From Callorhinchus milii (Eukaryota): DNA of 38,080 nucleotides. Below are positions 14,491 to 26,810 of the stretch, in pieces (position 1 is the first letter of the stretch; every line of letters begins with the position of its first letter). The DNA is taken from assembly GCF_018977255.1 (NCBI RefSeq), contig NW_024705513.1:1-38080 (forward strand), in the 5' to 3' direction. The translations under genes and the position numbers were made by a program. The notes below the pieces were generated by a model. The model was given only the letters and a program-made list of their open reading frames with translations, searched no databases and was not told the origin of the DNA.

Positions 14491-14944
14491 ACATCACCAC
14501 GCGTTTAGAGTATTTGACCGACAGACCTTTCCACACGTTGATAAGCCACTTTGTTGTGGGCAGGTCGCTTCTGAAAACAAGAGCGGTATAGCAGCTGAAG
14601 TGGGCTTGGCCTGGTAAGATACAAAAAAAACTGCAGAAATAATTAAAAGAAACAAAGTTTCAAAGTAGTGAGCCAGATGAAGACAAATTAAACTTAAGCA
14701 GAGAATTATAGCAAATGCAATCAGGCGAGGGCAGGAGGCAAGGCCCCGCATGGCTAGGCCCCGCGTTGTAATGTTCCAACCTGGAAATCGATTCCATCCT
14801 CGCTGCTACTCAATTGATATCCCTACGAGAGGAGCGAGGCTCTGCCTGGGTAAACAACAACAACCACCTCAACAACAACCACAACGACAACAACCACCAC
14901 GATGTGAACTTCTCACCTCGGATCTCAGTGAGCGCGCGCGCGGA

Positions 14945-15055
14945 TCGGCAGCTTCCTGGTGTCTCGTGACGTCACGCGGCAGCACGAGGTGACATGACGT
15001 CACTAGCGGGGTACACTCCCTCACGCCGATGAGGTAATGCAGTGGTGACATCAGA
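14945..15055 (-). promoter_or_regulatory. CpG-rich CRE/ETS module, candidate promoter of the ZNF unit
   Basis: TGACGTCA at 14967 and 14995 and minus-strand GGAAG at ~14952; conserved in the paralogue at 31500-31925. Confidence 0.4.
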
Positions 15056-15182
15056 GAGCGGGATTAGAGTTGAAGTTCATTAAGATTCCTATTCCATTGA
15101 TCCCTCTATTGAACATTGACCCTTTGGGTGCGTGAGCTCAACAACGTGAACATTGTGTGTACAAACTGTGTATACAGTGCGT

Positions 15183-15552
15183 GGGGCCGTCCATAAATGA
15201 CGTTACGCAACTGGGGAGGGGACGGTCAGACATTTGTGACGATGTATGACGATGTGCGATGATGGGGGAGTGATAAATGTGACGTCACATCAAAATGCGC
15301 AACTTAAATAAATATAGACATATCGAATTAAATAGACTTTTTAATGATTTCTCCTACATCAGTGTAGCGCCACATTAAATACGAACTGCAATGACAATAG
15401 TTTAAAGCGATTTGAAGCATGTTTTTTTGGGGGGTGGCAGAGCTTTGTGACGTCATATTTGAGGGGGGGGTCTGACTATTTGTGACGTCGTGTGATGAAA
15501 GGGGGGGGTCAAAATCGTCCAAAATCGCGTGACGTCATTTATGGACGGCCCC
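15183..15552. mobile_element. MITE, superfamily unresolved
   Basis: ~27-bp TIR GGGGCCGTCCATAAATGACGT(T/C)ACGC. Absent from the paralogous block at 36100-36540. Flanks are tgcgt / tgcat. Confidence 0.85.
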
Positions 15553-16783
15553 TGCATACAAACTGTGTACACATGGTGTGCGCGCACATACCGTGTGTGT
15601 GTACAGTGTTGGCAGTCGGGGGCACAGGTGGTGCATCGGTCAGCCATCTCAGTTGAACCATGGCACCTGAGTCTGCCCTGTGACCTCCTGCCGGCGGGAG
15701 TTCGACACTTCACGTGGCCTTAACGTGCACATAGCCTGGTACAAGCGTCATGCTGACGTCACCACCACGTATTGGCGAATGGCAGTCGTTTTTGTTAGTG
15801 TGTTTGTGTATACAGTGTATGCGCAGACTGTGTGTACACTGTAAAAACCGAGACTGGGGTTAATTAATGTTTAGTAAATATATAGGAGTAGCCTATACAT
15901 AAAAATAATGACTATGTGTAGTTTAGAATCACATTGAGCTGAATTCAACACATTTCTATTAGTTATTAATTGTATTTTACTCAGTTTTGTTCAAATAAAA
16001 TCAGCCATCAATAACTGAGTAGAATTTAATTGTATTTTATCAGGAAAGTCAAAAATGCCAAAAATTGATTAATTTTACTAACTGGGAGGTTTTTGAATTT
16101 AATAACGTTACACTCCCGCCCAAACTTGAGGCATTTTTTCGCGCCACGTGCATGTCAACCATCTTCTTCCACAGACACGTTTCAGGGACCGCCGTTCTCC
16201 CAAAGGTAAGACATGTTTTATTATTTTAGCGAACAATTTTTTAACAAAGGAGTGGTAGCAGTTGAACATTGTTTTATGTTACTGCATGTTACCAGCATGC
16301 CAATTTAACTGGCTGTAACGTATATCAGAATTAACTAGCACAACGTTAGGCCTTTGGAAGTCAGTCTGATTCGACTAAAAGCACGAGACTATAATTTTTG
16401 TTCCGCACACGAAAAAGTAACGTGCGTGATTAAAACTAGACTATATTCATTCGGATCACAGCGTGTACCGAACCAAAAGTCCTGTACCTGCCGTTACACC
16501 TCCAGTATATTATATCTTGGTGTTTATGTACGTACAGTATGCTAACGTTAGCTATCTTGCCACCAGTCAGCGTCACATTTACGTTGTGGCTAGCTTGTTG
16601 TGTAGTTGCTAGCTAGCTAGATGATGTGAGTGACAAGAAGTTGATGTGCTAAATTTGAGCATGAAAATTTGAATATTAAAAATAATAAAGAATTATCTTG
16701 TAAATGCGATTCTATTGTCCTCATGTGATTAGAGACCTGGTGGCCTTGCATCTGATACATGGACCTTTTTCTGCCTCAGGTTT

Positions 16784-18830
16784 TTGCTTATGGAATGGAA
16801 GTGTAAGATCTGCAAGTCTTTGTCTGCCACAAAAGGAAATCTACTAAAGCATTACAGACAACACGCAATATTTGGTCGTGGCCAATCCCAGCCATGCCTA
16901 TATGACAGTTGCCCTTGCACATTTAAAACGCAGAGTGCCCTTCGCACACATTTGTCCAGATACCATTCAGATGAAGAAAGTCTACGGTCAGGAAACATCT
17001 CTGCTTTTAAGTGTTTAGTTTGCAATGCTTGTTGTTCTATAGAGAAGGACTACTTTCAGCATATTGGAAATCATCTGAAGAGCCACGAAACTGTCTTTTG
17101 TGTATTTGAAGGATGCAGCTTTCAGACAAATATATACAATACATTTCTAAAACACAAAAGCAAAAGACACAAATCCTATTCTTTGAGTGATTTTAAGAAA
17201 GATGTGTATGAGAGTCGCCATAATCAGACTGTTGACCATTCTGATTTACCAGAGGCCAATGATGGTGAGGGCACTAGTTTAGATTGTGATCAGGAAAGTG
17301 CATCATACTTAGTTCTTCAAAGAATTGGCTTACTTCTGCTGAAGCTAGAAACCATCTATAATGCCTCAGTGAAGTGCATTGATGCCTTGGTTGAAGACCT
17401 TCAGTTCATTTCATCTTCAGTATCAGTTGCAGTTGTTAGAAACATACTAGATTCAACATTGAAGGTGAATAAATGCATTGTTGACCAGGCCATCGTAACT
17501 GAATTGTCAGCAGTTGTGCAACTTCCATCCCATTAGTACAGCACTTGGAGCAGGTGGTCCACTTGGTTCGGCTTTTAAGAGAAGAAAGTAGTTTAAGGTG
17601 CATTTCCAGTGTGTTGATAGCATTGAATATATTATTGATACTGAAAAGAACAAGACCTTTCAATATGTGCCTATTCTCCAGACTTTGCAGGAAGTCTTGA
17701 AGAATGAAGACATTGCAGAAATAATTTTATCCAGAAAATCAAATAGTACTGGATATATTAAGTCAATTTTTGATGGAAAATCCTTCAAGCAAAACGTATT
17801 TTATGCTGGGGAAGAAACAAGACTGTCTATAATCCTTTACGTTGACGACTTTGAAGTGTGTAACCCACTAGGAACTTCGAGAGAAAAAACACAAAATAAC
17901 AGCTGTTTATTGGGTTTTGGCAAATGTTCCAACAAAGTTGCAATCTGCATTAACGTCAATACACCTAGCTTTACTTTGCAAAGCTGTTGATGTCAAACAG
18001 TTTGAATACAGAGCAGTTTTGGAACCACTCTTGAAGGATCTTGTCATTCTAGAACAGGAAGGGATTTTCATTTCCAGTGTTGGAAAAAACATTAAAGGGA
18101 CATTATAATAGTAGGTTTTTACCCTTTTAACTGGTACAAAACTGACACCTTTATTCAAGGCATCATGTTTGCAATGACCACAACACAAGTAGTCAAAAAA
18201 GCAAACAAAAAGAAGCAACTCTGATAAGGATGATAATATGCACTGTCCTTATCATCCTTATCAGAGTTGCTTCTTTTTGTTTGCTTTTTTGACTACTTGT
18301 GTTGTGGTCATTGCAAACATGATGCCTTGAATAAAGGTGTCAGTTTTGTACCAGTTAAAAGGGTAAAACCTACTATTATATTTTGCCACTGGTAAAAGAG
18401 ATCTCATAGTGAGATTAAAGGGACAGTACATTGTGTTGTAGCTGACAATCTCGATGCACATTCTATCAGTGGACTAGTTGAATGTTTCACGGGGCCGTAC
18501 ATCTGTAGATTTTGTCTTGGACATTCTTCAGAGTACCAGACACACGAAGTGCGGACCGGAGTGTTTCCACCTCGGACAAAGAAGGAACATAGTTTGCATG
18601 TGCAAACTGAGAGAAAATCCAAATGTTACTCATTGCTTTGGTGTAAAGCGGTCGTGTCCATTGACTGATAAATTAAATCACTTTCATTTTGAGTCTGGGT
18701 ACCCACCAGATGTACTACATACATGACCTTTTGGAAGGCATAGTCCCAAGGGAACTAGCATTGTGTTTTCAGATTGTCACCAAGAAGAAGTACTTCAGTT
18801 TGACTGAGCTTAACGAGTTAATAACTGAGT
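16784..18830 (+). pseudogene. EnSpm-type transposase with N-terminal C2H2-like fingers, frameshifted and 3'-truncated
   Basis: Four C2H2-like fingers in 16784-17200; motifs ILYVDDFEVCNPLG, LEPLLKDLVILEQEGI, KGTVHCVVADNL and YICRFCL. Confidence 0.8.
18103..18413 (+). mobile_element. fold-back insertion, family 2 (near-perfect palindrome + tail)
   Basis: 12-bp TSD ATTAAAGGGACA (18091-18102, 18414-18425). Arms 18104-18236 and 18249-18380, 12-nt loop, 33-nt tail. Confidence 0.9.
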
Positions 18831-20119
18831 CTGACTGTCAAAGTTCTGCGTTATAGGCCTATACATCTGATAGGCTATCAGAGAATGCACTGATTTGTTA
18901 CTGAAAGCTATCTTTATTTTTGTTTAATGTTTCTTGGGTGTTCTAACATTGTGCTTTCTTCTGATGTGACGCTGACCTAGGCCATTGCAAGTGTTTGTTC
19001 TAAAGGAATAGATGTAAGATGCATAGAACATCTGTAGGCTGTGCTAGTTTACTTGTTAGAAAGCCATGCTTGTACTGTAATTATGCATGTTAAAAAAGAT
19101 AGGTCCACCCGGATTGTGGATTATGGCTACTAGTATAAGTACAGGGAATGCAAGTCAATTCACGTGATGTTTTAATCTCTTTTAGCTGTTTGAAAAACAT
19201 ATTGGCCCTTAGGATTTCAATTTGCGCATATAAAAAAGAAATAATATGAAAGTTTTTTTACAGATTTTTTTAAAACATTGTCGTAATTTAAATGCGCTAA
19301 AAAGACTAAACCTTGAATCACATCCAAAAAAGTAATCTGTGCCTGTAATGCCCACAAATTATAAATACCTCCAGTATTGTATCCCTATTGTACACATACA
19401 TGATTTCTGTCTTTGTTTTGTACTTGTAATATGTTGGATAAACATGTTGAGACAAAATTGCACGAATAAATGTTAACCTGCTGTTCCTTTTCATGGTTCT
19501 TATCTTTTTCATGGTGATCGGTTGACTTAACGTAAGTGAATTGTGGCACCACGAAGGCATGATATTGGGTGTATTAGAAATAGAAAAGTTATGGCAACAG
19601 ACATTCAATATAAGTATTTTATTTAGTAAATCCAAATCATTTTGATCCAGATATTTAGTAAGCTTATATCAATTTCACCCAGACAATTAGTAAATGTAAA
19701 TCAATTTCACCCAGATCATTAATAAATATTAATCAGATTCCACCAGATATTTAGTAAATCTAAATTACCATTGCTCATATTAAGTAAATATAAATCACTT
19801 TTCCTTGTAAAATCTATTTGGATTTACACAATTTTTTTAGGCTATATAACTCATCATTTGGAATCATATTACTAAATCCAACACATTGTAACTGTTGCTT
19901 TTATTACCATGTACTTATTTTTTATTATTATTTTTTAGTTAATTTATTCAACACTTTTTATTCAAAGTTGTAGTGCTTAAAATCTACTCAATTATATTAC
20001 GTGTCACTTTGTTGCCATAATTTTTTTAAGTAACAATGTGTCACATTTTTTACAGTGTACGCTGTATATACATTGTGTGTACACAATACGTCTACCCTGC
20101 GTATGTGGACAGTGTATGG

Positions 20120-20300
20120 GTGGTCCGAATCAGTCGGGCAGCATTATCTTTTCATCAGCTCTGCAATGCTGTGTGGAAGCTACCTGGCCTGTCGCTCTGC
20201 ATGAAGCTTCGGGTCTTCTCGGCAACAGTCATGCCCTACGTTCTCTAGGCATGTGAAACGTGGACCCCTCTAAATGGAACATCTGCGCTGGTTAGAAACA
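20120..20300 (+). mobile_element. RTE-clade LINE C-terminal fragment
   Basis: RISRAALSFHQLCNAVWKLPGLSLCMKLRVF...GCETW. A related minus-strand fragment lies at ~8320-8390. Confidence 0.6.
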
Positions 20301-20324
20301 CTGGCTGGCATGGCTACACTCAGA

Positions 20325-20400
20325 TTGAGGGAAGCCAAGTGGTAGAGCATTCTCTATTTATTGCAGAGGTTCAAGGTTCAAATCCGACAGGCACCCCTGG
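20325..20400 (+). mobile_element. degenerate tRNA-derived SINE head
   Basis: AGCCAAGTGGTAGAGC (A-box-like) and B-box GGTTCAAATCC at 20375-20385. Confidence 0.55.
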
Positions 20401-20805
20401 CTACTCCAGTAACATAAACCAAAATATGCACCGTCTGCTTAAAGAGTGGATGTAAAACATACTATTGTGTCATTCAAAACACATAGGTCTTTGCATGTTG
20501 GTTTCATTGTCAAAATTTTGGAAATTCCAAATATTATCCAGAAATTGCACAACTGAGATTACACATCAATTATCGCCCCTGACTGACAGACTCATGTCCA
20601 CATGCAGGCTGGTGCTGGGCCACCTTATGCCACACAGAGGCAGCTGCCACTTAGGGGTGCTCTTCGAGTGTTTGTGATGAGATATGATACAAAACTCCGA
20701 ATTGCTGAGTTAATTAAGCAAGTTTAATGCGTAGGCTTTCGCGACCAATATCATCCATAAGATTTTTTTTGGGTTAGATCGCGTAAATATAAATGTGCTC
20801 TCTCT

Positions 20806-23185
20806 AGTCGTCTAGCCTAGCCTAAACACAACCCTGACCGTGTAACACCGATGGCGCTGACCGAGACAGCCAACAACTATCCGGCCGCACAATATCTAGC
20901 GAAGATGACAGCGACGACGATACGAGCCCACTCCCAGAACCGGCAGCACTGAGCTCACGCTCTCAGCTGCTTTTATTGTACCCAGCGTGGCCTGGCTCCG
21001 CATAGGTCGCACCTTTCTTCTCGAACCCTCTAGCAGGATACAGAGGCTTCCAAATAGGGTCTTCCATCACCCTTGCCCCAGTTCCTCCGCCCTGCCGACA
21101 CACTCGTGTATGTGCTCACCGGCGTGTGTACTGTTTGTCCACTGCAGTTGCCGTTGCAACTACAACCGGTGGACAGGCAGAGCAACCCAAACCCGAGGAA
21201 CACCACCAACACGAAAAAACAATTTACTCCAAAAAAAAACCTTGGTTGCAACACTTCCCGCAACCATACAGCACAATCGCAGCGTCTCCCGTGAACCATA
21301 ACCACGTAGCACAACTCCGGCGCCCCCGCGGACCGCCAACAAAAGGACAACCCGCGGCACCCCCCACAAACCGCCAACACGCAGCGCAACTGCGGCATGG
21401 GCCAGAACCCCATCAGGGACCGCATAACCGTGACGCCCCCCCCCCCCCACGAGAGCCGATAACACAAGCCAAACAATATACACAACCCCCCGAATCCCAC
21501 CTTACAAGGGAGAGTCCGCCTTTACCAGAACATAGCTCACGTGAGCCGGTCCTCGACATTGATCACCCCCACCTTGGCAGGGTTTTGCATTCCTTGGAAT
21601 TCCGAGGAATGGGAACAAAAAACAATGGCCTAAGGGCACGGCCCATCGCTGAAATCCGCAGTAGCATCTAATCAGATCCAGCCCCTGACACTTTGCACAC
21701 GGCAGTCACGGAAAACATCATCATGGACCGGCAGGTGGGAGTGCTACGGTGGCGCTGCCGGGACCCTGCCGACACCCCGGCATTCTATGGCGATGTGGCT
21801 CGGCTGACCACACCTGAAACAATTGGCCGTGGGACCCCAGGGCGGAGGGGGCTTCCCCGGTTGCCAACCCACCCGCGGGGGCCTTCTCCCGTGCATCCCC
21901 AGGCCGCACACCACAGCCACCATGTCCTCCTCCCGCCATGGCAAAGCCTCCACTTTGGGCCAATGCTGGCGGGCCTCGTGGCCCTGAATTTCCCAGGCCA
22001 CCTTCAAGGACGTGATCCCCAAGCCTTCCTCTGAAGGGCAGGACGATCCCCAACTCCCGCGCCACCAGTCTTTTCACCACCAAGGAGTCGAGCGCCATCT
22101 CACCTGTCTGGGGGTACGCGGTCTGCCCCAGCACCAGCAGCGCCTCCCGGAAAGTGAAGGGTGTCTCGGCTTTCCCTCACTTCCACTGGAGAAATCTCGT
22201 GCGGACATCGCACGGGAGGCCAAAAATATCCCCTTGCAGCGCCATTAACTCCGCCGCCCCTCCAACGCTGTCCGGCGCTCTTCGCAAAATAGCGCCCGCC
22301 AGCCATGCCAAGCCCTCCACGGGCAAAATGGCACCCACCACATGCGTGGTCTCCGGCCCAGGCTCCTCCGCTCTCCCACAGAGACGGGGATCGCCGTCAG
22401 GGTCCCCTCGTGACTCCTTTACACGCCGCTGGCTGTGGAGCGACTCCCGCACTTCCCCGCGCTCCCCTCAACACGGTGGTCCTCGGCCATGCCGCGTGCT
22501 CGGCGCATGACCGGGGAGCATCGGGCTCCTCTCTCGCCAATTTTTCGCCACTCTCCCGCCGATCCGCAGCCGCTCTCTCTCCGCCAATGGGCTTCGTAAC
22601 CGGGTTCCCGTGGCTGCCGGAGGGATGAATGTTTCGCCATTCCCATCCTCCGATGACACTATAGGTGGGTTCTTTCTTCACCCCACTCCTAACACCAGTT
22701 GTAGTGTCATCGTTGCGGGAGACAAGGTTTCTAAGAGGGCACCTTTATTAATACCTTCACAGGTTTGCCATCGCACTCCCTCGTCGTCAAACCTAGCATA
22801 AACACAACCCTGAGCATGTAACACCAATGGCGCTGACCGAGACAGCCAACAACTATCCGGCCGTGCAATATCTAGCAAAGACGGCATTGACGAAGGCGGC
22901 GAAGATGACAGCCACGATGAGATGAGCCCACTCCCAAAACTGACAGCCCTGAGCTCCCACTCTCAGCTGCTTTTATGCTACCCAGTGTGGCCTGGCTCCG
23001 CCCTGGCCGCGCCTCCCTTCTCGAACCCACTAGCAGGTTCCAGGAGCTTCCAGATGGGTCTTCCGTGACCCTTGCCCCAGTTTTTCTGCCCTGCCGACAC
23101 ACCCGTGTATATGCTCACTGGCGTGTGTACTATTTGTTCACCGCAGTTGCCGTTGCTGGACAACAATCGGCGTTATTACACTACA
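20806..23185 (-). mobile_element. Gypsy LTR retrotransposon remnant: 5' LTR, PBS, gag and a partial second LTR
   Basis: LTR 22700-23185 has TGTAGTGT...ACACTACA ends. PBS TGGTGTTAGGAGTGGGG (minus, 22681-22697) is tRNA-Leu-like. CCHC knuckle CFRCGQPSHIAIEC at ~21780-21825. Direct LTR repeat at 20806-21164. Confidence 0.85.
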
Positions 23186-23511
23186 CTAGTACAGCACACC
23201 GGTGTGTTGGAGAACAAATCGCGTAGTGGCGGGTTTCACCAAACATTGAAATTAACGCGATCTAACCCAAAAAAAACGCTATTATGGGCAATTAAGCTCC
23301 ACATTAATGCAAATATTATCATAATATAGTGAATGCTTGGGAGCTTATTGGCTCTTACTCCTGGTTAGAGATCTACCCAACCCAAAGGTCCGCAAATACT
23401 GGCTGCTCTTACTCTGCAGGTTGAACCTAGGAATTGAGTGTGCAACTTCACGTTATTTTAATTAAAGGCCTGTGACAAAGGTGCATATATTGGAGCTTCA
23501 TTGTCTCAAGC

Positions 23512-24754
23512 TTACACATCTACCGGGTCTCCATTTGACTTTGTATTGTCTAAGAAGTCCACCCACACCTCCACTTCCACAAACTCCTGGGAGTTGCCTC
23601 GCTCTGCCTCACAGTGAGAATTCTCCTCCTGCTTCACGTTGCCTCCATCGATGTGAAGGTCCGATTTTGGAGTTGAATCTTCATATTCACATTTTACCAT
23701 CGCTTCTTCGCTCTTCACCATCATTTCTTCACATTTCACCTCTTCAAAATCCACCTTGACACATTTCATTGCGTCCAAGCTGGAATGAAATTCTGGTTCT
23801 TTTTTCAGAAAGGATGGGCTCATTGCAGCACTCGGATTTACACAAGCCGATTTCAGACTCCGCTCCTTGGGGATCTTCTGATGCCTATGTGTTCTCTGGT
23901 GTCTTTGAAGATGTGATGACCGTGCAAATGCCTTCCCACACACAGTGCACTTGAAGGGTTTATCTCCTGTGTGTGTTCTCTGGTGTCTTTGAAGATGTGA
24001 TGACCGTGCAAATGCCTTCCCACACACAGTGCACTTGAAGGGTTTCTCTCCTGTGTGTGTCGTCTGGTATATTTTTAAATAAAATAAACTTGAAAGTGCC
24101 TTCCCACACACACTGCACTTGAAGGGTTTCTCTTCTGTATTCTCTGGTGTCTTTCAAGATTTGATGACTCTGTAAATGCCTTCTCACACCTAGTGCACTT
24201 GAAGGATTTCTCTCCTGTGTGCGTTCTCTGGTGTCTATGAAGATGTGATGACTTTGCAAATGCGCTTCGACGCACAGTGCACTTGAAGGGTTTCTCTCCT
24301 GTGTGCGTTCTCTGGTGTCTTTGAAGATTTGATGACTTTGCAAATGCCTTCTCACACACAGTGCACTTGAAGGGGTTCTCTCCCATGTGTGTTCTTTGGT
24401 GTTTTTGAAGAGATGATGACTTTGCAAATGCTTTATCGCACAAAAGGCACCTGAAGGGTTTCTCTCCCCTGTGTTATCTGGTGTTGTTTCAGAGGAGATG
24501 AACCTAAAAATACCTTTACACACAAACTGCACTTGAAAGGTTTCTCTTCCGTGTGTGTTCTCTGGTGGATCTGAAGAGTTGATGACTGTGCATATGCCTT
24601 GTCACACACAGTGCACTTGAATGGTTTTTCTCCTGTGTGAGTTTTCTGGTGCTGTGTCAAACTTCCAGTACGATCCGTGCTGTTTGCATGCTGGTCGCAT
24701 TGTTTCCTTCTTGTACCGAGCTGTGCCGAGTCCCTTTGCTCCATCAGACCAATT
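23512..24754 (-). pseudogene. C2H2 zinc-finger array exon, copy B (about 9 fingers plus acidic tail), frameshifted
   Basis: ORFs 24433-24744, 24075-24443 and 23512-24111 with TGEKPF linkers. Same leader, acceptor (cttcctctgcag) and tail as copy A. Confidence 0.9.
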
Positions 24755-25215
24755 CTGCAGAGGAAGAGTCAGAGAAAGCGTCAGCTGCAGACAGAAAAAC
24801 ATATCCACACCATCTACGTCAGTATCAAGGCACAGAGGAATGCAGATATATACACAGTCACACATGACTTACACATCTATACTTATTAATGATATAGTGA
24901 AAATAATTCCCCAATTCATCACGCGGGCTGTTAAGACACACAATGTGAGAGGGCCAATGGTCATAAATATGCCTGGATGCTCTAGTATCTTCAAAATGAA
25001 TCTTTACCCAAAACTCCAAGCACACAATTTCGACTGTCTAGCTATGAAAGGAATATTTAAGAAAAATTCAGCTATAATAACAAAGTGTCTTGAAAATAAT
25101 ACTATTTGTATTATGCAGAAATGCATAAATTAATGTTCAATCGAAACTTCGAGGTGGAAGCCAGGCTCAGATTTGCTTGAATGCTCGGATGAATAGATCT
25201 AACTTCAGCTGCATA

Positions 25216-26810
25216 CAGTGAGGGAAAAAGTATTTGGTCCCCTGCTGATTTTGTACGTTTGCCCACTGACGAAGAAATGATCAGTCTATAATTTTAATGG
25301 TAGGTTTATTTAAACAGTAATAGACAGAATAACAACAAAATCCAGAAAAACGCATGTCAAAAATGTTATAAATTGATTTGCATTTTAATGAGGGAAATAA
25401 GTATTTGACCCCTCTCAAAACATGACTTAGTACTTGGTGGCAAAACCCTTGTTGGCAATCACAGAGGTCAGACGTTTCTTGTAGTTGGCCACCAGGTTTG
25501 CACACATTTCAGGAGGGATTTTGTCCCACTCCTCTTTGCAGATCTTCTCCAAGTCATTAAGGTTTCGAGGCTGACGTTTGGCAACTCGAACCTTCAGCTC
25601 CCTCCACAGATTTTCTATGGGATTAAGGTCTGGAGACTGGCTAGGCCACTCCAGGACCTTAATATGCTTCTTCTTGAGCCACTCCTTTGTTGCCTTGGTC
25701 GTGTGTTTTGGGTCATTGTCATGCTGGAATACCCATCCACGACCCATTTTCAATGCCCTGGCTGAGGGAAGGAGGTTCTCACCCAAGATTTGACGGTACA
25801 TGGCCCCGTCCATCGTCCCTTTGATGCGGTGAAGTTGTCCTGTCCCCTTAGCAGAAAAACACCCCCAAAGCATAATGTTTCCACCTCCATGTTTGACCGT
25901 GGGGATGGTGTTCTTGGGGTCATAGGCAGCATTCCTCCTCCTCCAAACACGGCGAGTTGAGTTGATGCCAAAGAGCTCCATTTTGGTCTCATCTGACCAC
26001 AACACTTTCACCCAGTTGTCCTCTGAATCATTCAGATGTTCATTGGCAAACTTCAGACGGGCATGTATATGTGCTTTCTTGAGCAGGGGGACCTTGCGGG
26101 TGCTGCAGGATTTCAGTCCTTCACGGCGTAGTGTGTTACCAACTGTTTTATTGGTGATTGTGGTCCCAGCTGCCTTGAGATCATTGACAAGATCCTCCCG
26201 TGTAGTTCTGGGCTGATTCCTCACCGTTCTCATGATCATTGCAACTCCACGAGGTGAGATCTTGCATGGAGCCCCAGGCCGAGGGAGATTGACAGTTATT
26301 TTGTGTTTCTTCCATTTGCGAATAATCGCACCAACTGTTGTCACCTTCTCACCAAGCTGCTTGGCGATGGTCTTGTAGCCCATTCCAGCCTTGTGTAGGT
26401 CTACAATCTTGTCCCTGACATCCTTGGAGAGCTCTTTGGTCTTGGCCATGGTGGAGAGTTTGGAATCTGATTGATTGCTTCTGTGAACAGGTGTCTTTTA
26501 TACAGGTAACAAGCTGAGATTAGGAGCACTCCCTATCAGAGTGTGCTCCTTATCTCAGCTCGTTACCTGTATAAAAACACCTGGGAGCCAGAAATCTTTC
26601 TGATTGAGAGGGGGTCAAATACTTATTTCCCTCATTAAAATGCAAATCAATTTATACCATTTTTGACATGCGTTTTCTGGATTTTGTTGTTGTTATTCTG
26701 TCTCTCACTGTTCAAATAAACCTACCATTAAAACTATAGACTGATCATTTCTTTGTCAGTGGGCAAATGTACAAAATCAACAGGGGATCAAATAATTTTT
26801 TCCCTCACTG
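25216..26810 (-). mobile_element. full-length Tc1 transposon with long (IR/DR-type) TIRs
   Basis: TA-CAGTGAGGGAAAAA...TTTTTCCCTCACTG-TA; ~200-bp inverted repeats at 25216-~25415 and ~26609-26810. Confidence 0.95.
25427..26449 (-). CDS. Tc1 DD34E transposase, 340 aa, open
   Basis: Paired-like HTH N-terminus; [15 protein letters not shown] and [11 protein letters not shown] motifs; 34 residues counted between the second D and the E. Confidence 0.95.
   Translation of the reverse strand: MAKTKELSKDVRDKIVDLHKAGMGYKTIAKQLGEKVTTVGAIIRKWKKHKITVNLPRPGAPCKISPRGVAMIMRTVRNQPRTTREDLVNDLKAAGTTITNKTVGNTLRREGLKSCSTRKVPLLKKAHIHARLKFANEHLNDSEDNWVKVLWSDETKMELFGINSTRRVWRRRNAAYDPKNTIPTVKHGGGNIMLWGCFSAKGTGQLHRIKGTMDGAMYRQILGENLLPSARALKMGRGWVFQHDNDPKHTTKATKEWLKKKHIKVLEWPSQSPDLNPIENLWRELKVRVAKRQPRNLNDLEKICKEEWDKIPPEMCANLVANYKKRLTSVIANKGFATKY

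Larger units (their letters stand above)
15837..20057 (+). mobile_element. EnSpm/CACTA (CMC) DNA transposon, internally deleted
   Basis: TIR CACTGTAAAAA / TTTTTACAGTG, TA on both flanks, and AT-rich subterminal repeats at 19620-19880. Confidence 0.85.

Noticed and set aside
18320..18370. Possible degenerate hammerhead in fold-back family 2 (ccttgaataaaggtg...tacc)
   Set aside because: No CUGANGA box and no GAAA after the putative stem II.
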